64,000 bases of DNA from Octopus vulgaris (lineage: Eukaryota): the NCBI GenBank assembly GCA_951406725.2, contig OX597838.1:15686001-15750000 (forward strand), given 5' to 3'. Positions 40,541 through 55,229 of the stretch are shown here, in pieces (positions within the stretch are counted from its first letter, which is position 1; the number at the start of each line of letters is the position of its first letter). Both the position numbers and the translations under genes were made by a program. Under the pieces are notes generated by a model that was not told where the DNA came from, searched no databases, and was given only the letters and a program-made list of their open reading frames with translations.

Positions 40541-40623
40541 AGAGGAGTAGTCATGATGGGTATACTGGGCTTCGTATATTTTACATCAGTGTCACTTTGA
40601 TGGCATGCACTGCTCTCTCACTC
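40539..40623 (+). mobile_element. Terminal fragment of element X followed by (AAT)n
   Basis: gtagtcatgatgggtatactggg...tgcactgctctctcactc(aat)n also at 41690-41775. Confidence 0.8.
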
Positions 40624-40655
<32 letters not shown>

Positions 40656-40660
40656 TGATG

Positions 40661-40729
<69 letters not shown>

Positions 40730-40731
40730 TG

Positions 40732-40790
<59 letters not shown>

Positions 40791-40798
40791 GATGATGA

Positions 40799-40836
<38 letters not shown>

Positions 40837-40840
40837 AATA

Positions 40841-41136
40841 AGACCTGGAAACAGAGGTAACCAGAATGTGGAATCTAAAGACAGAAACAATTCTTATCAT
40901 AATAGGTGCATTAGGCATGATAAAAAAATATTCAGACAAATACATAACAAAAACACCAGGACTTACAAACACATATAACATACAGAAAATTGCACTACTA
41001 GGCACTGCACACATCCTACGCAGAACACTTTCCATACAATAACCATCAGAGCATCACAACAAATCACATCACATACCCAAGGCACACAGAGCTGTGCTCG
41101 GTAGTGAAGTGAAAGCACGATATAAAAAATATACTA

Positions 41137-41139
<3 letters not shown>
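40841..41139 (+). mobile_element. 5'-truncated Dong/R4-like RLE LINE 3' end (ORF tail 40842-41042 plus 3' UTR) inside (AAT)n
   Basis: DLETEVTRMWNLKTETILIIIGALGMIKK...IQKIALLGTAHILRRTLSIQ*; (AAT)n on both sides matches known Dong TAA-repeat targeting. Confidence 0.88.
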
Positions 41140-41219
<80 letters not shown>

Positions 41220-41221
<2 letters not shown>

Positions 41222-41775
41222 GTCCTAATGCATGCAGTACCAGACAGTGGCTCACATGGCTTCTCATCTTAACTGATTGGAAGTGTTGTCATGTAGATTG
41301 TTTTGTCTTGGTATAAAAGATGGACTACAACAAATATTCTGCTCAATACCACAGATTTGATTCTCAGTTGTTTGACAATAACCAGTTGAGCATGTCCCTT
41401 AGTGGCTGACGACATGTGCATCTTTGCTCACGAGCCGAAACATTGGGGAGCATCATAGTCATGTGTTGAGAGGAATTCTTTAGGGTTTGGATAATTCACC
41501 TCTGGAAATTATGTCTTGTTCATCATCCTTAAACAACCCTTATTCAGGAACCTTTTGAGTGAGATGGGCTACTCGACCTGAAGAAAATTGTAACTGGGCC
41601 CCACCTGCAAGGTCATGCGCTGTTTATCTTGATGTGAGATCACCACGTCACGCACATATAGTTGTGATGCATGTGCCTGATGTACCCTTATCAGATGGGT
41701 AGTCATGATGGGTATACTGGGTTTCGTATATTTTACCCTCGTGTCATTTTGATGGTATGCACTGCTCTCTCACTC
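41220..41775 (+). mobile_element. Element X: ~555-bp non-coding repeat bounded by (AAT)n; probably the 3' UTR of a second Dong-like family or a dependent SINE
   Basis: (AAT)n at both ends; additional fragments at 25790 and 40539. Confidence 0.65.
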
Positions 41776-41847
<72 letters not shown>

Positions 41848-42216
41848 GTAAGATGAATAAAATCTCAAATGCTTTTGTGCGTGAGTTTTGGCTCGCCCTA
41901 TATATCTAGGACAAACATTGTCCAATGTGTCCTTCCAGTGATGGTAGGTTGTGACTTGAGGATATATCAGCCGTTGTTTTTAGCAAGTCGAGTGACGAAG
42001 AGAGGCGCCATTCCTTCTGTCTTTTATTGTTTGTTGTTTTGTTGCACTGGCTGGTTGTTTGTTTGTTTGTCTTCCGTGAGAAAGTTTCAGAAGCGAGCTT
42101 TATAACATGGAACATTTACTGTTTCGCACTCAACATCTTTCGCCTCCCACTTTCACTCTCTCTCTCTCTCTTCCACTTTCACTCTCTCTTCCCTCCCCCT
42201 CTCTCTCTCTCTCTCA

Positions 42217-42250
<34 letters not shown>

Positions 42251-42779
42251 GTCTGTCTATCTACAGCTACAAGTGTGCGTGAGTTAAAGTGTTTGTGTAT
42301 GTTTATATACGTTTTTACATAAACATACACATTTGTACATTTGTACATAAACGCACATATTTTATACATACTGCGTTGACTGGGACTTCAAGCTCAATGG
42401 CGTATTCATCTAGTTAACAATAGGCATCGCTGTATAGTTAAGAATCTTGCCTTTCAGCCATGCGGTTTCGAGTTCGGTCCTCACTGCCTTGGAAATTTCT
42501 AAAAAATTCCATTATTACCATATCGGACCGATTTCAGGGTTAGTTCGTAAGAACCCTCCCTTCGTCAGTGATAAATGTGGCAAAGAAATAAGATGCATGT
42601 ATGTATGTATATGTGTATATATATATATGTATATATATATGTGTGTGTGTATGTGTGTGTGTGTGTGTGTGTATACATGTATACACATATATTCTGATAT
42701 GTGTGTGTATGTTTATATTTGTATACGTATATACTATATACGTAGGCGTACAAACATATGCATTGTTTTAAAATATTAT

Positions 42780-43034
42780 CAATGCTTTTAAACAGGGTCC
42801 ATATGGCCCTTGGGGCCCATATAAGATCTTGTTAAAATTTATGTGCAATAAATTGGTTATATTTCGACAGTTCCCAAAATATTTAAAGCTTTTTTTTTAT
42901 ACCATTCTTAATAATATTCAATTATAAAAAATACCGTAAGATTTATTTTCATACTTTGAATGGCTATGGAGTTCCAGTGGAGTAAAATAGGTATCAAAAG
43001 AGTTTCATAAACAAAAAACGGTTGATAAACACTG
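42780..43034. mobile_element. hAT MITE related to 3320-3670
   Basis: gggtccatatggcccct.gg...ccatataagat; right TIR ggttgataaacactg. Confidence 0.7.
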
Positions 43035-43987
43035 CTTTAAGCAATAACGCAATTTGGTGCGGAGATTTATTATAATCGTTTGGAATATTCCCTGGGAAGT
43101 CAGAAAGGAAATTAAGAACGTTGAGCCTAAAAAGAGTATTGGAGTCGATTCATTCGACAAAAATTTCTTCAAGGCGGTGGCCCAACATAGACGTAATGTA
43201 ATGACTGAAATAAGTCAAAAACAAAGACAATAAATAAATAAATAAATAAAAGTTGCATGTAGGTATGTTTGTACATATGTTTAAGTGTTCGTTTATAGAC
43301 ATCCTGTCTTAATACAAAGTATTCAAATCAAAAAGAGAAAGAAAACGGCAAAAGCCATCCAACCGAATTATTTTGTTGTCCTCTTTCAATTGACCCATAA
43401 CCAAGATTTAATAACTATGACCCGCTTCCTGAAGGGCTATGAAAAGGGAACAGAACGTTATTGTTGCTAGAGATGTCGTTGTTGTTGTGTCGTGTCTCGT
43501 AATGAATCAATGAGCAGATCTCTGATCGAAATGGAGCAGCTGTAGCCGACCTACCTTTGATGGAATTATCTGGAACTAGATTATCGGAGAGTATCCAGGC
43601 TTTCTTTGGAAGACAGTAGATTGGGTGTGATTTGAGAGATATTCAGCTGATGTCTCTAAAAGATCGGGAGATTGTTTAGAGCAATTGTGGGGAGCCCCTC
43701 ATCAGCGGACGAAAATCCGACCTCATTCATTTGAAACTATCCACTGACGAAGTCTGAAAGATCTGTACGCGTGTGTGTGTGCGTGCGCGCGTATCCAAGA
43801 TGGGAACGAACACCAAAGTCCCATGTGAGAGACTCGAGATATCTTTCAACATGAAACCATTTATAGTTTGAGTATCCCACAAATAAAGAGAATTAAGAAT
43901 ATTTATCCACCAATGAGGTATTGAGCACTCATTCTCACTGTTCGATATTAACGTGTGTGTGTATACACACATAGGTATGTATTTATA

Positions 43988-44465
43988 TACGCGGGATACC
44001 CAAAAGAAATCGGAATTTTGCAATATTTTATTCGCTTAGTTTTACAAGTTTACAATTTTATCGCCTTCAAAGTATTCTCCATTTAAAGCAATTCATCGGT
44101 CCAGGCACGTTTTTCACTATTCGAAGCAGTGCTGGAACTCTTGCGAAGTGATGCCTTTTAACGGATCCGTCGTTTTTTTCTTCACCTCTTCCTCATATGC
44201 AAATTCCATCGCACCCGCTTCCGTCACCAGTGATGACCTTCGAAAAATGGTCCGGATCAACTTCCAACTGTTCTTTCAGTTCACGACACGCATTCAATCT
44301 TGACTGCTTTTGACCTTCCGTGAGCAAGCGAGGCACACATTTTGCTAAAAAATTCGTTGGAAGGAGCTCCAAGAGACACCAGTCATATCAAGAAGTTCGT
44401 CAATTGTTCGGTAACGGTCCTCCAAGATCAGTTCATGAATTTTCATGTTCAGGAAGTCGACGGTC
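43988..44465 (-). pseudogene. Internally deleted mariner transposase with right TIR
   Basis: IHELILEDRYRTIDEL...; AKCVPRLLTEGQKQSRLNACREL...VITGD joined to C-terminal EVKKKTT..LKGIT..EFQHCFE...IALNGEYFEGD; TA|cgcgggatacccaaaagaaatcggaat terminus. Confidence 0.85.
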
Positions 44466-44756
44466 TTTATAATAATAGTCCGACATGTACTTCGATCACA
44501 TATATGCCCTGAACAGATCGTAATAATAATGCATAAATCGCTGCACATGAATATGCAACAATATGCAGTTGGTGCAATCGAAACACGTGTCGGGTTATTA
44601 TTATGAATAAACTAACTGGAGATAAACATAAAGTTTGAATGTTCAAATTCTTCATTCTCCTTATTATCAATATATGGTGTGTGTGAATGTGTGAGAGAGT
44701 GTGTGTGTGCGTGCGCGCGCGCGTAAACAAATTTATAAGCGTCGCACATGTCGGTT

Positions 44757-44978
44757 AAGGCGACGAGCTGGCAGAAACGTTAGCACGCCGGGTGAAATGC
44801 GTAGCCCTATTTCGTCTGCCGTTACGTTCTGAGTTCAAATTCCGCCGAGGTCCACTTTGCCTTTCATCTTTTCGGGGTCGATTATATAAGTACCAGTTGC
44901 GCACTGGGGTCGATATAATCGACTTAATCCGTTTGTCCCCTCTGTGTTTAGCCCCTTGTGGGTAGTAAATAAATAGGT
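44757..44978 (+). mobile_element. SINE family B, long-tail subfamily
   Basis: aaggcgacgagctggcagaaacgttagcacgccggg...gccccttgtgggtagtaaataaatagg. Confidence 0.9.
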
Positions 44979-45271
44979 TATCTACAGAAAATATAGGAGA
45001 TCGAGAACGCTGCAAGGCTGCGAGGACAGTTTAAAGAATCGGCTAAATACTCCTCCAGATGACGGGAAAATGGAACCAGGAAGCCTCCACAAGGAACAGA
45101 ACGCTGCGTATCATCATCATCATCATCATCGTAGTCGTCGTCATTGTCGTCGTCGTCGTCGTCGTCATTCTCATCATTGTCGTCATTGTCGTCGTCGTCG
45201 TCATCATCATCATCTATATTTCAACCTTTCGTTGATCTTCCTCATCCTCCTCCTCCTCCTACTACTACTAT

Positions 45272-45304
<33 letters not shown>

Positions 45305-45316
45305 CACCACCACCAT

Positions 45317-45348
<32 letters not shown>

Positions 45349-45642
45349 GATGGATCTTCGCCAACTGGACGACAGAAAGCAGGAACTTTCACGTAAGCGC
45401 ACAACATAGTCTCCGCACACCCGTCTCTCCTCTCCCAAACATCTCACTCTTTCTCTCCCCTCTGTCACTGCTGCTTTCTATCGCTCTCCATCTCATTTTC
45501 TCTGCCTCCCTCCTCACTCTTACTCTCTCCTTCTCTCTCCATCATTTTCTTCCTTGTCGCTCATCTCTCTCTGCCAATCACCTACAGTGGCCGTACCCTC
45601 ACCTTTCTCCCCCAAGCCGTAAGTAATTAAGAGTTCGCGCGG

Positions 45643-45854
45643 TTGTGTGCGTATGTGTGTGTGTGCATGTGTGTGTATGTATGTGTGTGCGTGTGTGTAT
45701 ATGTGTGTGTGTGTATGTGTGTGTGTGCGTGTGTGTATATGTGTGTGTGTGCGTATGTGTGTGTTGTGTGTGTATGCGCGCGTGTGTGTGTATATATGTG
45801 TGTGTGTATGTGTATGTGTGTGCGTGTGTGTGTATGTGTGTGTGTGTGTGCGTA

Positions 45855-45895
<41 letters not shown>

Positions 45896-45924
45896 GTGTG
45901 TGTGTGTACGTGTGTGTGTATGTG

Positions 45925-45986
<62 letters not shown>

Positions 45987-45992
45987 TGTGTG
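45643..45992. repeat. Degenerate (TG)n tract
   Basis: Directly visible. Confidence 0.95.
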
Positions 45993-46435
45993 GAAGACTA
46001 GGTGGGTAGATGTTATCTCACCATGGGTGGTCTACGGCATGACATGAAAGAACACACGCACACAAAGCAATAGGTACTCACGTACGCGCGTACACACACG
46101 CACACACGCGCTCGGGTAGACAAATCGACGGGCCCTGAGGCACACCCACGACGGCCTGGGAGATTTGTGTGTATGCACGCTTATGTTTGTGAGTATGTGT
46201 ATGTATGTGTGTGTGAGTGTGTGTGTGTGTGTGTTTGTGTAAACAAATATACATACATAAATATATATAAGGATATATACAAATATATATATGTGTGTGT
46301 GAATAAATAAATATATATATATATATATACATATATATGTATATGTAAATGTTGTGTATATATATATATATATATGAGTATACACATATATATATATAAA
46401 GCTATATATTTATATAAGCATGTAAATAAATATAA

Positions 46436-46497
<62 letters not shown>

Positions 46498-46815
46498 GTA
46501 TGTATGTATATATTCACACATAAATACACACACACATACATGTACACGCACATTTACAATAAAATAACTCACAGAAGAAAAATGACAACTTGTGTGAAAA
46601 AAAAACCCCAAAAAGAACTTAAGAAGGTTTGAATGGTTAAGCGTGAATAAATAGGGAAGGAAAAGAAAGCGAGAGGAGTGAAAGATATAGCCCTTTGTGG
46701 CTCCAGCCGAACTAACTCGCTCTCTGATACTTGCTCAAGATCAACACCAGTATAATAACTGGGCTTTTATTTTTCCGACTCTACAAGCTGAACAGCGAGT
46801 GTATGTATGTCTACA

Positions 46816-46847
<32 letters not shown>

Positions 46848-46914
46848 CACACACTCGCAAACACACACACACACGCACCTATATGCAGCTACGTACGTAC
46901 CCACACACTCACTA

Positions 46915-46949
<35 letters not shown>

Positions 46950-47044
46950 TACACACAAACACACACACGCAGAAAAATAAACGATCAATTTCATTGACTT
47001 ACATTTTCACCTGTGTACAATCATTCGAATTCTCGAAAATACTG

Positions 47045-47154
<110 letters not shown>

Positions 47155-47262
47155 ATGTATGTATTATATATATATATATGTATATGCATATATTTATATG
47201 TATGTATATGCATTTAAGTATATGTATATGCGTAAGTATTTATATATATATATATGTGTGTG

Positions 47263-47322
<60 letters not shown>

Positions 47323-48139
47323 CATACATACATACATACATACATACATACATACATACATACATACATACATACATACATGCAACATACATACTTACAT
47401 ATATATATATATACATATATTTATAATTAGTTATAAAAAATTCAGTAGAATCCAGACACATCAACACAAATGATGCTAGAAATTGTTAGTCGTGATAATA
47501 TAGATCTCACAGTGATGTAATCAACATTGGTAGGACACTGTAGATATGCAAGTACCAAATCTAGTTTAAACCGAAGATCTGACATTGGGGTTGGTCCTGG
47601 GTGTGCCATAGATATCAAAAGTAAATGCAAATAGTAAACACAAAAGTAAACACAAATTTACGATCGCTGCATTCATATAATTTTATTAATATATTTATAG
47701 TTTATATGATAACATATAATCCACCATCTTCAGGTATAATTTTAAACAGCTAAGATTTCAAACAGGTGAAATTTCATACATCAGCCCGGGCAAATCCAAT
47801 AATGTATGTATGTATGTATGTATGTATGTATGTATGTATGTATGTATGTATGTATGTATGTATGTATGTATGTATGTATGTATGTATGTATGTATGTATG
47901 TATGTATGTATGTATGTATAACAAAATCACTTTGATCCGTGTAGGAGAGGTGCAGTCAGAGGGTAGGTGTCCTTAGAGGTAAAAAAAATCCAATGGAGAG
48001 GTTAGTGTCCGGCGAGGAAAGGTAAGAGTTGGTAGTGGTAGTGGTAGAATATAGGACATGATAGATCGTTAGCTCCTACACGCATTTTTTTCTTTCCTTG
48101 TTTTTCTCCTTGTTTTTCTCCTTGTTTTTTTTCTGTGTA

Positions 48140-48177
48140 TCTTTCTGTCGAAGAGCGTAGGCTCGAAACGTAAAAGA
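48140..48177 (+). ncRNA. Minimal hammerhead-like core, family HH1 variant (element ~48070-48276)
   Basis: TCTTT-CTGTCGA-A-GAGC-gtag-GCTC-GAAAC-GTA-AAAGA; helix I differs from other copies but still pairs. Confidence 0.6.
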
Positions 48178-48611
48178 CTTGTTCTATTTCTATTCCTGAG
48201 CGCTATACTAATACATTTGTTTGTTTGTACTCCACCTGCCTTCGTCTTTTGTTTATTTTCGTAAACCATCCCGTTATGTATGTATGTATGTATGTATGTA
48301 TGTATGTATGTATGTATGTATGTATGTATGTTTGTATGCATGCATGTATCTATCTATTTATCGATTCCTCTCTCTATAGCATCCTGTATCATTTCCTTCT
48401 TTTTATATTTCCTTCGTAACTGTGCTGAGGATGTAATTATGCTTAATCATTTTTGGAGACCAAAAGTCATTTTTGGATATTTCTCAAACTGAACATCTTT
48501 AGTGAACCCTAATTTTTATACATTGATGTGGGTTTCCTGATGTTTTTCCGCTGCATCGATTAACACACTTGTTCTGACCCTTTCAAAATCTACAGAGATT
48601 CTTCAGGTCGA

Positions 48612-48696
<85 letters not shown>

Positions 48697-48935
48697 ACTG
48701 GCACTGCGGCAGTTACGACGACACTGGTTGCAGTTGACCCGATCTGCGGAACAGCCTATACATGAACTTAACAAGCTAGTGGCTGATCCCTTCACAGACA
48801 TGCATATCCTTAACGCAGTTTACAAGGAGATTTAGCGTGACACAGAATGTGACAAGAGGGGCCATTCTGAAATACAGGTACAACTCATTTTTGCCAGCTG
48901 AGTGGACTGGAACAATGTGAAACAAAGTGTCTTGG
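48697..48935 (-). mobile_element. SINE family D (CORE-like body, tail shared with family C)
   Basis: agcgtgacacagaatgtgacaag...gaaatacaggtacaactcatttttgccagctgagtggactgg. Confidence 0.8.
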
Positions 48936-49274
48936 GAAATAAATGTAAAGTAAAGTGTGTGGTACTACGGGAGTTTGTCGAGCTCGATGTACACAACTGA
49001 AAGGGAGTTAAATTTAAATAGCTTTCTATGCATTATACTAAATGTATACACACAGTGGAAGGCACGATGTTTCCGCAATACCAGTTACTGTTTTATTCAC
49101 TTTTCCTGTATATTGTGGCAGAAATTTCATCGCGTGCACGGTATTTCACTTGAGGCGAAATGAGTCTGTCGTTCTCTTGAGTCACTGTGCTGTTTTTGTT
49201 ACCAACCTAAAGTGGCACCATAAGATTTAATAAAATAATGTTATGCTATCTTTTATTTAAACCAGTTTGTTGTG

Positions 49275-49557
49275 AAGGCGAGTGGATTAGTGGTTAGGGT
49301 ATCCGGCTCAAGATAGTGAGTTTGATTCCCGGAGAGGCGTTGTGTCATTGAGCAAGACACTTTATTTCTCGTTGCTCTAGTCCATTCAGCTGGCAAAAAT
49401 GAATTGTATCTGTAATGGAAAATATCACAATTGTGTCATGCTGAATCTCCCTGAGAACTACGTTGAGAGTACACGTGTCTGTGGAGTGTTCAGCCACTTT
49501 CTTGTTCCGTTGATGAATTAACTGGAACTCTCGTAGTTGTAACCGAAAGAGTACCAG
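49275..49557 (+). mobile_element. SINE family D
   Basis: gaaggcgagtggattagtggttaggg...gagtttgattccc...ttgagcaagacactttatttc...gctgaatctccctgagaactacg. Confidence 0.8.
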
Positions 49558-50113
49558 TTCTTTTTTTTTTCTTTCAACTAATAAGTTCTCTCCCTAAAAC
49601 AATTTTGTCTTCATTTAATGACTGATGAAAATTAGGATGATCGAATGTTCCTTAAATCACATTCTACTCACATAAGAAAGAAGGACACAATGGATAATTT
49701 ATGCTTTAAAAAATGGGATAGTGGTGGCTGGAACACCTTCAATTATAAGCCTACTCAATTACAAACAACCTGAAGCTCAACAACAACAGTAAGAGCAACA
49801 ATGATAAGAACAAGAAGCGATTTACGTATAAGAACACTAGCAGGCAACAATACGGCATGTAGATTGGAACCATCGATCGCACGGTACACAAGGATATCAT
49901 TGTGTTCAAGAATACAATGTTCTTCGTTAAGCAGCTTCTTTCCTTTGGGAAAGGCATGACAGTAATCACATCATGTAAATGGAATAAATCTAAGGAATTT
50001 TCGTTTAGCTAAAAGAAAAAAGTTTTTTTTTCAGAATGACCTAAAATCCCAGTTAAACACACATACACGCGTCCCGTGTATATATATATATGTATTGTAT
50101 ATATATTCTTATG

Positions 50114-50169
<56 letters not shown>

Positions 50170-50403
50170 TGTGTATGTATAAATATGTACGTATGTATAT
50201 ATATATATATGTATATAATATATATACATATACACATACACACTAATATACATATCTATCTATCTATCTATCTATATATATATATGTATATATAATATAT
50301 ATATATATATATATACACACATACGCTTATATACATATCTATATATATCAGTATATCTATATCTATATATATAATATATAATATAATGTATATATATATA
50401 TAA

Positions 50404-50464
<61 letters not shown>

Positions 50465-50680
50465 CATATGTATATGTATGCACGCATCCATGTGTGTGCG
50501 CGTGTGTACAGATAGGTATACGCTTACATACATACATAAACATTAGGTCATCTAGTGCATTAGTAAAACGAACTACTCCATAAAACAACTTATATACTAC
50601 ACATAAATACATAAACATAGAAATACGCATACATTAGTGTATAAACACATATTCTTACATAAATACGTGTGTATATATAC

Positions 50681-50764
<84 letters not shown>

Positions 50765-50830
50765 ATGTATGTATATATATATATGTATATATATATGTAC
50801 ATAGGTGTGTGTATGTACGTGTGTGCATAC

Positions 50831-50884
<54 letters not shown>

Positions 50885-50949
50885 GATTCTAACTAACTAG
50901 CTATCAAGGTGGAGGTGGCGGTTGAGGTGCAAACGTTGGTGGGTGATGA

Positions 50950-51004
<55 letters not shown>

Positions 51005-51138
51005 CTTAGGTTGTTCAGTTCATAGCCCTTTGTTGATTTAATACGTGTAATTGGTTTTCCTTTAGCGCGATACACACACACACATATATATACACATTCA
51101 TACATACACACATACATGCCAACAAACACATCTATCTA

Positions 51139-51187
<49 letters not shown>

Positions 51188-51265
51188 GTGTGTGTGTATG
51201 ATGGGTATGTATGTTTATACTATATATATATGATATGCATAATATATATATGTATGGTATGCATA

Positions 51266-51298
<33 letters not shown>

Positions 51299-51558
51299 TA
51301 CATGTATGTGTAGTGATATGACATATAATATATATATATAATATGTATATATGTTGTTTTTAGTATCTATTTTAGTTATTTCTGTAGTTTTATCACCCCC
51401 ACCCTACTCTAAGTGTCAGTCCCACCCATTTTTATTTTCCCCTTTGCCTCATCACTCCCCTGTCTCAATCCCCATTTTTTCGATTAATTCCTATTTTTTT
51501 CAGTTTTATTTTTTCTAAGAATTTTTTTTTAACTCGTCCATATAGATTACTTTATACA

Positions 51559-51802
<244 letters not shown>

Positions 51803-51949
51803 TATACTTACACTCGCATTCATGTTCGTATTTGTCTATATCTATGTGTGCGCACAGAGAAATGTGCATGTATTTTATGCATGTGTACAAATGTTTCTCT
51901 AACTTTTTCTCTCTCTCTCTTTCTCTCTCTCTCATATATATATATATAA

Positions 51950-52008
<59 letters not shown>

Positions 52009-52060
52009 CGTACACCACACACATGTATGTAAATGTGAATCATTCTGTCTCTCTCTCTCA

Positions 52061-52112
<52 letters not shown>

Positions 52113-52217
52113 TAGTGCTCCAGCATGACCACAGCCACCTGGCTGAAATACACAAAAGAAATAAAAGTATTAGAGAATATATACAAAGCGAGAGACAGAC
52201 AGACAGACAAACAGAGG

Positions 52218-52287
<70 letters not shown>

Positions 52288-53119
52288 GTTTCTGCAAAGC
52301 TCGATATTTCAAAAGCTTCAGCATTCCAACCATTCCAACGTAGAAACGAAATAAAAAAATTACCCCAGTTTCAAACTAAAAATAAATAGATAAATAAAAG
52401 TAATGGTTATTTTACTACTCAAGGAATTAGGTAGCTACTAAATTCCGTAGAGCAACAAAGCAAATGTCATCAATGATATACTCCATCCATCCATCCATCC
52501 ATCCATCCATCCATCCAAGAAATTGAGTTTTTTTCGTCAGGTACTAACATCGCTAAAAACCATTTCATGACAAATACGGCCGTCGTTGTTATTTTGACCT
52601 AGTTCAGCCTTGATTAAGCCGACCTATGATCAAAGGCATACCTACCAAAACCGTTCATCTTTTTTTCTGATGTATGTGCAGCAATCCCTTAGGCATATTA
52701 TCCGTTGCATGTGTGATTTTAGGGAAGATTTGGTTGATGCTTCAAGCAGGTCTCATTTTCACGTTGAGTCTCCTCTAGCTGACTCGGAAGAACGGATTTT
52801 GGTAGAACCGTCAAAACGCCGTACTGAAATCCCCGTGTTTTTAATTTTATCATTTTATGTTCTGAGGTGAAATTCCACCGAAGAGAATATTGATTTCAAA
52901 TTCTAGTACAAGGTCACCAAGTTCGGGGGAAGGGGTAAGTGGATTATATCGACCTCGGTGCTCAGCTAGTACTTATTTTGGATCTTTTCGGTTTGAACGG
53001 CAGTTTTTAACATAATTTCTAGATAATTAAAAAGTTTTAAACTTCGTATACTGGTAGAATGTGTTTATAAAACATAATTTTCTCTTGGCTTTCTTGAGAA
53101 AATTCTGTATTTTGTAATA

Positions 53120-53400
53120 TCAGTCAAGTCCCAGAAGTCACGACTATTTCGGTCAGTTATACTTGAGATGGTTCGATCTGGTTGCCCACCAAGAAGTCTA
53201 AGCTAAGAGCATTAGACACCTTTGCAAGAAAGCTAGCGAATGTGTACGGCAACAAAGAAAAAAAAAACAAAAAAAAAAAACGGAGGACATGGTACGCAAT
53301 TACGAATGCACACAACTAGAAATAACAACAGGCGTCTTTCGACTGAGAACGGCTCAAATTGAGCTGGTGTGTATGGAGTGAAAGCCTAAAGGCAGGAACA
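53120..53400 (+). mobile_element. Diverged copy of the 19280-19540 repeat interior
   Basis: cagtcaagt...ttatacttgagat...ctaagctaagagcattaga...aacaacagg.gtctttcgact. Confidence 0.65.
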
Positions 53401-53504
53401 TGGGAGATGGATACAAAAGGTGTTGACGGTCGGCAGTCAGGCCATATATATATATGCTGATATATTTATATATGCTCTCATACATGTATACATATGTAGA
53501 CTGT

Positions 53505-53805
53505 CAGTTCGTCGGTTACGACGACGGAGGTTCCAGTTGATCGGATCAACGGAAACAGCCGACTCGTGAAATTAACGTGAAAGTGTGAAAGTGGGCTGAG
53601 CACTCCTCAGAACACGTAGTTTTCAAGAAGGTTCAGCGTGACACTGAATGTTACAATGCTAGTCCTTTGAAATACGGGTACAACTCAATTTTGCCATCTG
53701 AGTGAACTGGAGCAACGTGAAGTAAAGTGTCTTGCTTGAGGACACAACGCACCTCCGGAAATCGAAATCACAATCTGACTATTTTGAACCGAATACTCTA
53801 ACCAG
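53505..53805 (-). mobile_element. SINE family D
   Basis: gtcggttacgacgacg...tgagtgaactggagcaacgtgaa.taaagtgtcttgct. Confidence 0.8.
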
Positions 53806-54044
53806 TTTGTGTTTGCGTATGTGTAGACACATACTTATCTCTTTCTCTCTCTCGCTCTCTCTTTCACTCTCTTTCTTTCTCCCTCCCTATATACTTATAT
53901 GCAAGACTATATGCATACACACGTACATACACACACACATACACACATACACACACACATATATACATACATATGTACACATATACAATATATCTATATG
54001 TATTTGTATATGTCTGTATGTATATATATACACGCACACACACA

Positions 54045-54084
<40 letters not shown>

Positions 54085-54169
54085 CATGCAATGATACATC
54101 ATATTATTATGATATATTTATATATATATATATGTATGTATCTCCCTCTTTCTCTCCCTATATATACAT

Positions 54170-54213
<44 letters not shown>

Positions 54214-54227
54214 GCATACATACATAT

Positions 54228-54296
<69 letters not shown>

Positions 54297-54716
54297 TAGA
54301 CAGACACTTATAACTTAGCTATTCTCCACACACCACGTAGAAGTTCATTGACACAAACCAAAGCATAAGTACACTCAAATACACACACACACACACACGC
54401 ATGCACGCACGCACGCACGCACGCACGCAAACACACACAAACTCACAGCACATACGCACACCCACTCGCACGCAGTCGTATACGCATTTCTTGCCCTCCC
54501 CCAGGTCTGACATCTTTGCAGAGCACCCACCTTGCCAAAATGGCCGCTGCCTTCCTTTAAGTACATAAACAGAACGCTATCTGCAATATAGGTTCTGGTT
54601 TCTTATCTGTTATATCTTTTAAATGAAATAGGCAGATATGGTATTTAACTTGTATCGCTTAATCAGTAAACCAGACATGACGTTTGTGCGCTTGTATGCA
54701 TACATACATACATACA

Positions 54717-54796
<80 letters not shown>

Positions 54797-54803
54797 GCAT
54801 ATG

Positions 54804-54843
<40 letters not shown>

Positions 54844-54966
54844 TTTGCAAACTCACGTACACACAAATATATGTGTGTGTGTGTGTATACACCTACGCAA
54901 ACATGTATATATATATATTTAAATATATATATATATAATACACTGATATGATATATACAAATATAT

Positions 54967-55035
<69 letters not shown>

Positions 55036-55178
55036 TGCATGCATGTATGTATGTATGTATGTATACACACATATACATACACATATGCACATATTATACA
55101 TAATACATACATATAGGTGCATGGCAGACAGACGAATATATTTCTATACGCTACGACTAGTGAAACATGTACTTTCAT

Positions 55179-55229
<51 letters not shown>

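Noticed and set aside
47655-47735. Minus-strand ctgaagatg...gcagcgatcgta hammerhead remnant
   Set aside because: GAAA box is destroyed; at best a dead relative of the GATC-loop family
49899-49919. Short palindrome attgtgttc-aa-gaatacaat with Sox-like half sites
   Set aside because: Too short to distinguish from chance in AT-rich DNA
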